From contig OZ240213.1 in assembly GCA_965197555.1 (NCBI GenBank), positions 2,603,671-2,667,670 of the forward strand: 64,000 nucleotides of DNA, read 5' to 3'. Source of the DNA: Dehalococcoidia bacterium (GTDB lineage: Bacteria; Chloroflexota; Dehalococcoidia; Lucifugimonadales; UBA3495). Below, one piece after another: positions 55,602-64,000 of the stretch (the stretch's first letter is position 1; every line of letters starts with the position of its first letter). The position numbers and the translations under genes were made by a program. The notes below the pieces were generated by a model. That model made no database searches and was not told where the DNA came from. It saw only the letters and a list, made by a program, of their open reading frames with translations.

Positions 55602-56828
55602 ATGGCGTTGTTGTTCACCGAGTCCCCCAAGTACCTATTGACCTCCGAATCGGTGACTGAAGGTCACCCGGACAAGCTGTGCGACCAGATCTCGGATGGG
55701 ATATTGGATGCGGTGCTGCGGGGGGACCCCACTGGAAGGGTAGCTTGTGAGACCTGTGTCACCAATGGCTTAGTGGTGGTGATGGGTGAAATTACCACCT
55801 CATGCTATGTGGACGTGCCGTCCATTGTCCGAGAGACCCTTCGGAAGGCTGGTTACGTCGACGCCGATTATGGAATCGATGCCAAGAGCTGCGGTGTCAT
55901 GGTCTCCATCCAGGAGCAATCGGGTGACATCAGCGCCGGTGTCAGTACAGCTCTGGAGGTCAGAGACGGTGCTTCAGACGCCAGCCTCGCACAGGACTTG
56001 GACGCTATTGGCGCCGGAGACCAGGGCATGATGGTTGGGTTCGCCTGCAACGAGACCCCGGAGCTAATGCCTCTGACCGTTAGCCTGTCTCACCGGCTGG
56101 TCCAGCAATTGAGTATGGTGCGAAAAGAAGGGATATTGCCCTACCTCCGGCCCGACGGCAAGTCCCAGGTCACTGTCGAGTACCAGTACGGGGTCCCGCG
56201 TCGCGTGGACACTGTGGTAATCAGCGCCCAGCACAGCCCTGACGTAGAAAATGACCAGATCAAACGGGACATAACCGAGGAAGTAATCCAGAAAGTCATT
56301 CCGGCCGAGCTGCTGGATGACGATACGAAAATCTACGTGAATCCCAGCGGCCGCTTTGTGGTGGGTGGTCCGGCGGGTGACACGGGACTGACGGGACGCA
56401 AGATATTAGTGGACACCTACGGCGGAATAGCCCGCCATGGAGGCGGAGCGTTTTCCGGCAAAGACCCTACTAAGGTTGACCGGTCGGCCGCCTACGCTGC
56501 CCGCTACGTCGCCAAGAACTTGGTGGCGGCCGGATTGGCTGAACGCGCGGAGGTCCTGGTATCTTACGCCATTGGTATGGCCAATCCTATCTCGGTGTCG
56601 GTGGAGACCTTCGATACCAACCGCGTTGATAGCGAAAAGATTCATGAGCTGGTAGAGAAACACTTCGACCTGAGACCTGCCGCAATAATCAGGGATCTGG
56701 ACCTCCAGAGGCCGATCTACCAACCTGTGGCCGCCTACGGCCACTTCGGTCGGGAAGAGCTGAACTTGAGCTGGGAGCGTACCGACAAAGCAGCGGCGCT
56801 GCGGGCCGACGCCGGACTGACGGATTAA
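55602..56828 (+). CDS. metK: S-adenosylmethionine synthase
   Basis: 408 aa. [71 protein letters not shown]. Confidence 0.95.
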   Translation: MALLFTESPKYLLTSESVTEGHPDKLCDQISDGILDAVLRGDPTGRVACETCVTNGLVVVMGEITTSCYVDVPSIVRETLRKAGYVDADYGIDAKSCGVMVSIQEQSGDISAGVSTALEVRDGASDASLAQDLDAIGAGDQGMMVGFACNETPELMPLTVSLSHRLVQQLSMVRKEGILPYLRPDGKSQVTVEYQYGVPRRVDTVVISAQHSPDVENDQIKRDITEEVIQKVIPAELLDDDTKIYVNPSGRFVVGGPAGDTGLTGRKILVDTYGGIARHGGGAFSGKDPTKVDRSAAYAARYVAKNLVAAGLAERAEVLVSYAIGMANPISVSVETFDTNRVDSEKIHELVEKHFDLRPAAIIRDLDLQRPIYQPVAAYGHFGREELNLSWERTDKAAALRADAGLTD

Positions 56829-57034
56829 CCCCTGCTCTTTCCGCAGGACTCATGTCGAAGACATTAGTCCCCGCAGGCTTCGTTCCCAGGTCCAGTTTGG
56901 AAGCGGCTCCAAGTCCGCCGCCTCCAGTCGCTTCGCCTTCTATCGAGAATACTCCAGGCCACGTTGTCCTCAGCAATTTGGCTGAAATCGCTGGTTGGCC
57001 CGTGCAGAGCCATTAATAGCGTAATCAGAAATAT

Positions 57035-58063
57035 ATGAGCCAACGGTCAGACGCCAGATTCATAACCGAAGACCAAGCGGACCAACAGATTCTGCAAGAA
57101 CGGCGGATAGCTGTCTTGGGCTACGGAAATGTGGGCCGATCGGTTGCGCTGAACTTAAGGGACAGCGGAAGCGGACAGATCGTAGTGTCCGACGTTCCGG
57201 GGCCGGCATGGGAGTCCGCCCTCAAGGATGGATTCGCCATTAAATCGGTCCCCGACGCATCATCATGGGCCGACGTAATCCTTGTGCTGGTCCCAGACGA
57301 ATTGGCGTCTGACATATATCTAGCCAGCGTCGCCCCAAATGTCCACCCTGGCAATGCCATTGTATTTGCCTCAGGCTTAAACTTGGCGTTCGGCCAAATC
57401 CAGCCCTCAAAAGACCTGGACGTGATGCTCTTGGCACCACGGATGTTGGGACCGGAGATACGTCGCCTCTACCTGGCGGGGCAGGGCTTCGCTTCGTTTC
57501 TTAACGTAGAACAAGACTCCACCGGACAGGCTTGGTGTTTGCTGTACGGGCTAGCCAAGGCTGTCGGCTCTCTCCGCTCCGGAGCTTTGGTGGTGACGGC
57601 TGCCCAAGAGGCCTACTTGGATCTTTTCGTAGAACAGACAGTAGGCCCCGACTTGGCCGACGCTATTTTGGCTGCATTCCAGGTGGGCACGGAAGCGGGG
57701 TTGCCTCCCGAGGCCCTGCTCCTGGAGCTCTACATGTCCGGAGAGATGGCCAAGTCGGTCCAGGTGATGGCCGATGTCGGGTTCTTTCAGCAGTCTAAAG
57801 TCCACGGGTTTGTGGCAGCCTATGGCGGTATGACCCGGTTCCTGTCACTGGACCGCGCATCTCGCTTGCAAAAATATCGCGGGGTGTTAGAGGACATAAC
57901 GAGCGGGGGGTTCGCGAAAGCTCTGTCCGCTGAGATAGAATCCGGATTGCCGTCCCAGGATCTGCTGCAAAAAATGACAGACCGGGAAGACCGGGTGACC
58001 CCCATAGAACGCCGGCTCCGGGAGATGCTTCGCCTCAACAAGGAGCTTGACTCCCCTGGTTAG
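57035..58063 (+). CDS. ketol-acid reductoisomerase-like protein (divergent class I KARI fold)
   Basis: 342 aa. RIAVLGYGNVGRSVALNLRDSG and ADVILVLVPDE match the KARI N-domain. Motifs I remember as catalytic are altered (FAHGF to FASGL, APKGPG to APRMLG, ETDLFGEQ to YLDLFVEQ). Confidence 0.65.
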   Translation: MSQRSDARFITEDQADQQILQERRIAVLGYGNVGRSVALNLRDSGSGQIVVSDVPGPAWESALKDGFAIKSVPDASSWADVILVLVPDELASDIYLASVAPNVHPGNAIVFASGLNLAFGQIQPSKDLDVMLLAPRMLGPEIRRLYLAGQGFASFLNVEQDSTGQAWCLLYGLAKAVGSLRSGALVVTAAQEAYLDLFVEQTVGPDLADAILAAFQVGTEAGLPPEALLLELYMSGEMAKSVQVMADVGFFQQSKVHGFVAAYGGMTRFLSLDRASRLQKYRGVLEDITSGGFAKALSAEIESGLPSQDLLQKMTDREDRVTPIERRLREMLRLNKELDSPG

Positions 58064-58456
58064 GTGGTAGCGCTCTTCGACCACTCCACCAGCGCCTTGG
58101 GACCCCTAAAATGACCGCCCACAATTATTTCTTTCGTAACGCCTTACTGACTTTTCCGGACACAATCAGCCGCATCCCAGAATTACCGATAGGCCAGATG
58201 ATTCCATCGATGACCTAGGGTCTGTACAGCATACCCAAAATATTGGGCCTCATGGTCGAACGGCCTCTTCACATCGGTCGACGTGGGTCCAGATCCGCGC
58301 CGTAGCTTAGACTTTATCGGGTCTCAAAAAACCGAGTCACCCTGCCTCGACGGTGTCTGAAGCGGCACTTACCCGGTCACTGGGCTGGATGGTGAGTCGA
58401 GGGGGTATCCCTTATAATCGATCAACGTCGATCAGCACATGTTCACAGGAGCTCGT

Positions 58457-59872
58457 ATGGCGGCCGATATTCGCTTTGGGACCGACGGGTGGAGAGCCAT
58501 CATAGCTGAAGACTATACCTTCGAGAACGTAGGCCGTTGCGCCCAAGGATTGGCCAAGCACCTGTACAACCGAGGAGTCGCGGAGCGAGGGTTGATTGTG
58601 GGTTACGACACCCGGTTCCTCTCTCGCCAATTCGCGGAAGTGGTCGCCAGTGTATGTTCTGGAAACGGCATCAGGGTTTTTCTTGCGGAAAAGCCAGCGC
58701 CCACTCCAGTGATTAGCTTCAGTGTGCTCGATAAGCAGGCGGCAGGAGCCGCGATAATCACAGCCAGCCATAACCCGGCCATTTGGAACGGGTTCAAGTT
58801 CAAGCCCGAGTACGCGGGCAGCGCGACCCAGGAAATCACAGACCGGTTGGAGGCTGAGATTCGTGATGCCGACGGTGTTGCCTCCATGCCGCTGGCCCTG
58901 GCCCGCGAGCAGTCTCTTGTCGTAGACTTTGACCCCTCTACGCCCTACCTGGAACGCATCAGTGAGCTGGTGGACTTGGACCGGATCAAAGGGGCTGGGC
59001 TGCGAGTCCTAGTGGACGCTATGTACGGCGCGGGTGGTGGGTATTTGCCGGCGCTTTTCTCCGGTGGGAAAACCACGGTGTATGAGCTACATGGACTGCC
59101 AAACCCTTCCTTTCCAGGAATGGAACAGCCGGAGCCGATAGCCCATAACCTCCGGGAGCTGATTGACCTTACCAAGGCAGAGGGTGCGTCGGTGGGTTTG
59201 GCCTTGGACGGTGACGCAGACCGCCTAGGAGTGGTTGACGAGACGGGCAGGTTTATCAGCACTTTGGAGGTCTTCTCTTTACTGGCCCTATACTTGCTGG
59301 ACCACAAAGGACATCGAGGACCCTTGGTCAAAGGGGTCACCTCTTCGATTATGCTAAATAAACTGGGCCAGCAGTTCGGGGTGGACGTACACGAGATGAG
59401 AGTCGGCTTCAAGTACATCGGGCCGAAGATGATGGAGGTCGACGCGCTGATGGGTGGAGAGGAAAGCGGCGGGTTCGCTTTCCGAGGCCACATTCCGGAG
59501 CGGGACGGAATCCTGAGCGGTCTCTTTCTGCTGGAGTACATGGCCCAGACCGGCAGTACTCCGTCTCAATTGGTGGAGATGCTATTCCAGCGCGTCGGCA
59601 CCCATCACTACAGTCGCAAAGACGTTGCTTTTGACCCCCAAGACCGGGCTCGTATTGAGGAGCGTCTCAAGAGCCAAGAGCTAACTCATTTGGCCGGAAT
59701 TGCGGTCAACAGCTTCGATGAAATCGATGGGCGGCGCTTCATCTTTGATGACGGCTGGTTGGCCTCCCGGTTTTCTGGCACTGAGCCCCTGCTTCGCATC
59801 TACGCTGAGGCCACCCGCCCGGAAACAGTCACGGCGTTGCTGGACGCAGCGGTCGAATACCTGGGAGTGTAA
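58457..59872 (+). CDS. phosphoglucomutase/phosphomannomutase family (alpha-D-phosphohexomutase)
   Basis: IRFGTDGWRA, active-site ITASHNPAIWNGFKF, metal loop LALDGDADR, sugar loop GGEESGG. ATG at 58457 preferred over the ORF-track start at 58439. Confidence 0.85.
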   Translation: MAADIRFGTDGWRAIIAEDYTFENVGRCAQGLAKHLYNRGVAERGLIVGYDTRFLSRQFAEVVASVCSGNGIRVFLAEKPAPTPVISFSVLDKQAAGAAIITASHNPAIWNGFKFKPEYAGSATQEITDRLEAEIRDADGVASMPLALAREQSLVVDFDPSTPYLERISELVDLDRIKGAGLRVLVDAMYGAGGGYLPALFSGGKTTVYELHGLPNPSFPGMEQPEPIAHNLRELIDLTKAEGASVGLALDGDADRLGVVDETGRFISTLEVFSLLALYLLDHKGHRGPLVKGVTSSIMLNKLGQQFGVDVHEMRVGFKYIGPKMMEVDALMGGEESGGFAFRGHIPERDGILSGLFLLEYMAQTGSTPSQLVEMLFQRVGTHHYSRKDVAFDPQDRARIEERLKSQELTHLAGIAVNSFDEIDGRRFIFDDGWLASRFSGTEPLLRIYAEATRPETVTALLDAAVEYLGV

Positions 59873-60086
59873 GCCACCATAATTGAAGGGGCAAAGCCTC
59901 TGGCGCCAATTCCAACTGGAATCGATGACTGCGATTTGACCCCAACGCTGCCGCCTCACTGGAAAGGGTTTGTCACTTCCCATAGACGTGGGAAGGCTTC
60001 GGGGGAGAGCTAACCCGAGAGGTTAGGACGGAGCTGTTGTCTGATCAGGTTGCTGGGGCTCTAGACCGATGCCTAGCTCGCCAAGA

Positions 60087-60497
60087 CTACCGCTTGGTGT
60101 ACTGAGGTGCACGGCGGGCCCGCTTCAGCCCGTACTTCTTGCTCTCTTTGATCCGGGCATCCCGTGTTATGAGCTGATGCCTGCGGAGGTTAGCCTTCAA
60201 CCCTGGGTCATAGGCTACCAGAGCGTTTGCGATCCCATGACGAATGGCTTGGGCTTGGGAATGGACCCCGCCGCCTTGGACGCGGACGATGACTCGAAAC
60301 CGGTTCAGGTTCTCGGTGACCTGTAGCGGGTAAGTAAGGACGCCCCGCCAGGGCTTCCAGTTGAAATACTCGTCTATTGGCTTACTGTTGACCAGAATTG
60401 GACCGCCATCATCCAGGTAGAGACGGACCTTGGCGATGGATGTCTTCCGTTTGCCAGTGCCGTAGTAGTATTGCTCTGTGATTGGTGTCTGAACCAA
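60087..60497 (-). CDS. rpsI: 30S ribosomal protein S9
   Basis: 136 aa. GTGKRKTSIAKVRL, C-terminal RRAPQYTKR. TTG start. Confidence 0.95.
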   Translation of the reverse strand: MVQTPITEQYYYGTGKRKTSIAKVRLYLDDGGPILVNSKPIDEYFNWKPWRGVLTYPLQVTENLNRFRVIVRVQGGGVHSQAQAIRHGIANALVAYDPGLKANLRRHQLITRDARIKESKKYGLKRARRAPQYTKR

Positions 60498-60506
60498 GGC
60501 TAGCCG

Positions 60507-60953
60507 TTACCCTTCTTGCTGTTCTTGGCGCCGAGCGACCTGCCCAGCGTGAGGATGTTCCTCTCCAGCGTAAATTTTAAGCCTGCCTAGCATCTGCCGC
60601 CCCTGGTGGTTGCGGGGGAGCATTCCCTTGACCGCCAGTTGGATCACCCGCTCCGGGCGATTTTCCATCATATTTCGTAGTGTAAAGGTCTTGAGATTCC
60701 CTACATACCCGCTGTGGCGATAGTACAGCTTCTGCTGCAGCTTGCGTCCAGTGACCCGAATCCTGGCCGCGTTTAACACCACTACGTGGTCACCCGTAAG
60801 CGTGTGTTGGGTGTAAGTCGGCTTGTCCTTGCCTAGCAGCGCCACCGCAATGTCCCGGGCCAGTCTGCCCAACGTTTGTCCTGTGGCATCGATAACCCGC
60901 CACTGAGCAGCCACTTCTCCTGGTTTCGGAAAGTATGTACTAGTACGCTTCAA
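60507..60953 (-). CDS. rplM: 50S ribosomal protein L13
   Basis: 148 aa. WRVIDATGQTLGRLA, YYRHSGYVGNLK, AVKGMLP. Confidence 0.95.
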   Translation of the reverse strand: MKRTSTYFPKPGEVAAQWRVIDATGQTLGRLARDIAVALLGKDKPTYTQHTLTGDHVVVLNAARIRVTGRKLQQKLYYRHSGYVGNLKTFTLRNMMENRPERVIQLAVKGMLPRNHQGRQMLGRLKIYAGEEHPHAGQVARRQEQQEG

Positions 60954-61812
60954 TTTTGCTTCCCATGTCGGCCAAAGGCTGTTGGTAGGTCACTTTCATC
61001 AAACACAGTCCATGGGCTGGAACGGAATACCCGTTTAAGTCACCGTCAAGCGCGCCATCCAACGCCCTGGTAACTGCCTCCTCAGGGTACCTGCCCTTGC
61101 CGATTTCCACAAGTAGACCGTCGGCCCGTCGAATCTGGTGCCGCAAGAAGCCGTTAGCTTCGCATTCTATCACGATGGTGTCATCCTCTGCCCACACATC
61201 CCATTTGTTCACCGTCCTCTTCATGTTGGTATCTTGAGGATAACCCCCCGCAAAAGGACGGAAATCGTGCGTTCCCACAAAGGCTTTTGCGGCTCGGGCC
61301 ATCACCGTCACATTCAGAGCTTCCCTGACCCAGAAATGGGTGTGCTGCCGCAAGGGAGAAGGCCAAGACCGATTGATAATGTTGTACCTGTAAGTCCGGC
61401 TTATTGCGTCGCGACGGGAATTAAATTCGGGGCTCACTTCAAAGGCCGCAATGACCTCAATGTCGTTTGCCAAGTAATGATTGGACGCCCGGGCAAAAGT
61501 ATCCACAGGATGCTCGCTACAGGTCAAGAAGTCGACCACTTGGCCTTGCGCGTGGGCACCCGAATCGGTCCTGCTAGCGAACCTAATGCGGATGGTCTCT
61601 CCGGTGAACCGGGCCAGGCTTCGTTCAATTTCTCCTTGTATGGTGGGCTGATTTGCCTGAAGCTGGAATCCCACGTATTTGCTGCCGTTGTACTCGACTA
61701 CCAGGGCGATCCTGCGGGACTTTGGGCCATTCCTTACAGCATTCTCCCCTCCCGTTAGGGCAAAGGGGAAGGGAGCTTTATCGATAACCGGGTAGATGGA
61801 CTCTTGGCTCAT
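60940..61812 (-). CDS. truA: tRNA pseudouridine(38-40) synthase
   Basis: 290 aa. IALVVEYNGSKYVGFQ, ASRTDSGAHAQGQVV (catalytic Asp), FVGTHDFRPF. Overlaps the rplM start by 14 nt. Confidence 0.9.
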   Translation of the reverse strand: MSQESIYPVIDKAPFPFALTGGENAVRNGPKSRRIALVVEYNGSKYVGFQLQANQPTIQGEIERSLARFTGETIRIRFASRTDSGAHAQGQVVDFLTCSEHPVDTFARASNHYLANDIEVIAAFEVSPEFNSRRDAISRTYRYNIINRSWPSPLRQHTHFWVREALNVTVMARAAKAFVGTHDFRPFAGGYPQDTNMKRTVNKWDVWAEDDTIVIECEANGFLRHQIRRADGLLVEIGKGRYPEEAVTRALDGALDGDLNGYSVPAHGLCLMKVTYQQPLADMGSKIEAY

Positions 61813-61830
61813 GCCAAGTCTACTTCGAAT

Positions 61831-62187
61831 CTACTCGACCAGCTCGATCACTGCCATCTCGGCGGCATCGCCCTGACGGGGTCCCAGCCGGGTTATTCGG
61901 GTGTAGCCGCCCGGCCGCTCCGTGTACCTGACAGCGACATCATCAAAGACCTTCTTAACAATGTCTTTGTTAGGCAACTGAGCCAAGGCCAGCCGACGAT
62001 TGTGCAGGGTTCCTTTCTTACCATGGGTGATAAGCTTTTCCGTCATCACCCTGGTCTCCTTGGCTTTGGCCAGGGTGGTTGTTATCCGCTCATGCCTTAT
62101 TAGTTCGGCGACAAGGCCCCTTAACAAGGCGGTCCTTTGATCCCGGTACCGGCTAAGCTTTCTGCCCGCAACTCGATGGGAAGGCAT
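61831..62187 (-). CDS. rplQ: 50S ribosomal protein L17
   Basis: 118 aa. [40 protein letters not shown]. Confidence 0.95.
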   Translation of the reverse strand: MPSHRVAGRKLSRYRDQRTALLRGLVAELIRHERITTTLAKAKETRVMTEKLITHGKKGTLHNRRLALAQLPNKDIVKKVFDDVAVRYTERPGGYTRITRLGPRQGDAAEMAVIELVE

Positions 62188-62189
62188 GA

Positions 62190-63389
62190 TTAGAACCCGT
62201 CCTCCTCATCGTCGTTGTCGAATTCGTCGTCAGCGACCTGCCATTCGATGCTGTCATCCTCATCAGCGTCCTGCTGTCCCATGGCAGCGGGCACGTCACC
62301 GACGCCGACTCCGATAAGCTCACCCAAGTCCTCCTCCGTAAGACCCGCCACAGCCAACCCAGGTGTAACATCGGAATAAGGTCGACCGCTCTCAGATTCA
62401 GACAAAGGAACCGGGACACGTTGGGCAGCTATTCCCCGCTCGGCCAGTTTTTCCCTCAGCTCGGTCAAGGACTTCTCACCGAAGTTGCGTATTTTGAGCA
62501 GTTCCTCATCCGTCATTTCCAGCACATCACCAACCTTGGCGATATGCGCCCGTTTCAAGCAATTGAGGGTACGGTGGGAAAGATCCAATCGCTCTATCGG
62601 GGTCTGATAAATTTCCGGCGAAACCATCAGCGTGGTCCGCTCAGTCGCTGGATCCAACGCGCGGTCCAGGTTTGTGAACAAAAAGAAGTGATTGACCAGC
62701 TTATGCGCGGCCTGTCGCACGGCCTCGGTGGGATTGATGGTGCCGTCGGTCCACACCTCCAACACCAGCCTTTCGTAGTCGGTGACCTGCCCGACCCGAG
62801 TCCGCTCAACGTTGTAGTTGACCTTCCGCACTGGGCTGAACATAGCATCCACCGGTAGCACACCGACCGGTGGGTTGCTGTTGCCGTCGCTTGGAGCTGC
62901 CGGTTGGTATCCCACACCCTGCTCGACGTTGAATTCGATGGATAAGCAGGCGTCGCTGGAGTCGAGGGTGGCCAAGTGTAGCTCTGGATTCACAATTTCA
63001 AAGTCGCTGGAGGTAGAGATATCGCCAGCGCATACCCGGCCCTCTCCAGTAACGTCGAGCCGCATCTTCCCCGCTCGCTCTGATTGAGCCCTGATACGAA
63101 TGCGCTTGACATTCAACAGCAGCTCCATTACCTCTTCTTTGACACCTGGAATGGCTGTGTACTCATGGACCACATCATCGATCTTGACCCAGGTAATCGC
63201 GCTGCCGTTGGTGGAGCTCATCAAAATCCGTCGCAACGGATTGCCAATGGTCAAACCGTAGCCACGCTCCAAGGGCTCGACGGCCACTTTTCCATATGTA
63301 TCCTCGGCCTCGAGGACGTGGATGTCGGGTTTGAGAACTTCTGACGCGGATTCGCCGGGGCGAGAGGGAAGGACATAAGTATCTAACAT
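62190..63389 (-). CDS. rpoA: DNA-directed RNA polymerase subunit alpha, with ~79-aa acidic C-terminal extension
   Basis: 399 aa. N-terminal domain ([17 protein letters not shown]), alpha-CTD ([22 protein letters not shown]...[16 protein letters not shown]), then the tail ...[28 protein letters not shown]. Confidence 0.95.
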   Translation of the reverse strand: MLDTYVLPSRPGESASEVLKPDIHVLEAEDTYGKVAVEPLERGYGLTIGNPLRRILMSSTNGSAITWVKIDDVVHEYTAIPGVKEEVMELLLNVKRIRIRAQSERAGKMRLDVTGEGRVCAGDISTSSDFEIVNPELHLATLDSSDACLSIEFNVEQGVGYQPAAPSDGNSNPPVGVLPVDAMFSPVRKVNYNVERTRVGQVTDYERLVLEVWTDGTINPTEAVRQAAHKLVNHFFLFTNLDRALDPATERTTLMVSPEIYQTPIERLDLSHRTLNCLKRAHIAKVGDVLEMTDEELLKIRNFGEKSLTELREKLAERGIAAQRVPVPLSESESGRPYSDVTPGLAVAGLTEEDLGELIGVGVGDVPAAMGQQDADEDDSIEWQVADDEFDNDDEEDGF

Positions 63390-63397
63390 CCGGTTTA

Positions 63398-64000
63398 CTA
63401 CCTCGAGTAGAACTCTACAATCAAACGAGAGTCTATGGATTGCTGGAGGTCTTCATCAGCGGGCAATGAGGCCACCCGTCCGGTCATCTCGGTGGGGTCC
63501 AGTTCCAGCCAAGTGGGCACTGGCCGCTTGGGGATGCCGTTGGTGCGCTCCTTGAAAAAGTCCGTCGACTTAGTTGACTCTTTCCACACTATGAAGTCTC
63601 CGACTTTCATCTGGTATGAAGGGATATCCGTTTTTTTGCCGTTGACCATAAAATGGCCGTGCATGACCATCTGTCGTGCTTGTTTTCGGGATTCGGCGAA
63701 CCCCAAAAGAAAGATTACATTGTCGAGCCGGCGTTCCAGTGCCCGAAGGAGATTTAGGCCGGTGATTCCGGGGGCATTGAAAGCTTCGTCCATGTAGCGG
63801 CGAAACTGGGACTCCAGCACGCCGTAGATATATTTGGCTTTCTGCTTTTCCAGCAAGTGGATGCCGTAATCCGACGGGCGTCGCCGCCTGAGGGGTTGGT
63901 CGCCTGGAGTTGAGCGGCGGCGCTCGACGGCGCACCTCGGTGTGAAGCAGCGTTCGCCCTTTAGAAACAGCTTTTCCCCCGCCCGGCGGCAAAGACGGCA
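63398..64000 (-). CDS. rpsD: 30S ribosomal protein S4 (5-prime end beyond right window edge)
   Basis: Own translation from the window edge gives CRLCRRAGEKLFLKGERCFTPRCAVERRRSTPGDQPLRRRRPSDYGIHLLEKQKAKYIYGVLESQFRRY..., in frame with ORF 63398-63856. Zinc-finger-type S4 N-terminus and S4 domain. Confidence 0.9.
   Translation of the reverse strand, partial: CRLCRRAGEKLFLKGERCFTPRCAVERRRSTPGDQPLRRRRPSDYGIHLLEKQKAKYIYGVLESQFRRYMDEAFNAPGITGLNLLRALERRLDNVIFLLGFAESRKQARQMVMHGHFMVNGKKTDIPSYQMKVGDFIVWKESTKSTDFFKERTNGIPKRPVPTWLELDPTEMTGRVASLPADEDLQQSIDSRLIVEFYSR

Noticed and set aside
58064-58456. About 390-nt non-coding stretch upstream of the phosphohexomutase gene as a riboswitch or sRNA
   Set aside because: No recognisable conserved RNA motif, terminator or strong promoter. 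Only short broken ORFs appear on the minus strand. Possibly decayed sequence, but there is nothing specific to claim.

Overview
High-GC bacterial chromosomal segment (GC judged by eye, not computed) with about 55 protein genes, one tRNA, one riboswitch, one IS element and several repeat families. The gene content is many amidases, luciferase-like monooxygenases, hydantoinases, NHL/BNR propellers and a sortase. This suggests a Chloroflexota (SAR202/Dehalococcoidia-like) organism, but that is inference only.

Layout:
- 0-9.3 kb, housekeeping: GDPD, dnaG-rpoD, sortase, CBS/CorC protein, glmU.
- 9.5-18.7 kb, hydrolase-rich catabolic block: three amidase-signature paralogues, a cyclase, an AXE1 esterase, an SMP-30 lactonase, an NHL propeller and a decayed oxidoreductase pseudogene.
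- 18.8-22.4 kb, degraded accessory patch next to tRNA-Ala: DUF2075 pseudogene, IS630, metzincin-like remnant, orphan lipoprotein and about 470 nt with no assignable function.
- 22.4-30.3 kb, assorted enzymes and transporters.
- 30.4-35.5 kb, four-gene envelope operon: imelysin, di-haem DUF1111, imelysin-like and HTTM.
- 36-50.9 kb: hyuA/hyuB, BNR propeller, tandem GlcG genes, a luciferase-like monooxygenase, an isochorismatase-family hydrolase, a YHS protein, two acyl-CoA dehydrogenases, a fused EtfB-EtfA and pncB.
- 51-56.8 kb: a SAM-I riboswitch followed by mtnA-mtnP-rhodanese-ahcY-metK.
- 57-64 kb: KARI-like protein, phosphohexomutase and the ribosomal/RNAP cluster rpsI-rplM-truA-rplQ-rpoA-rpsD.

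Most notable observations:
1. An identical 24-nt hairpin cassette is inserted in frame twice in the IS630 transposase, next to residues I take to be catalytic.
2. A 455-bp tandem-repeat, MITE-like element flanked by an 11-bp direct repeat sits between the SAM-I riboswitch/terminator and the mtnA start codon.
3. The imelysin/DUF1111/imelysin/HTTM operon.
4. A small AtzG/GatC-like ORF lies upstream of one amidase.

No CRISPR array, cas genes or recognisable defence system was seen.
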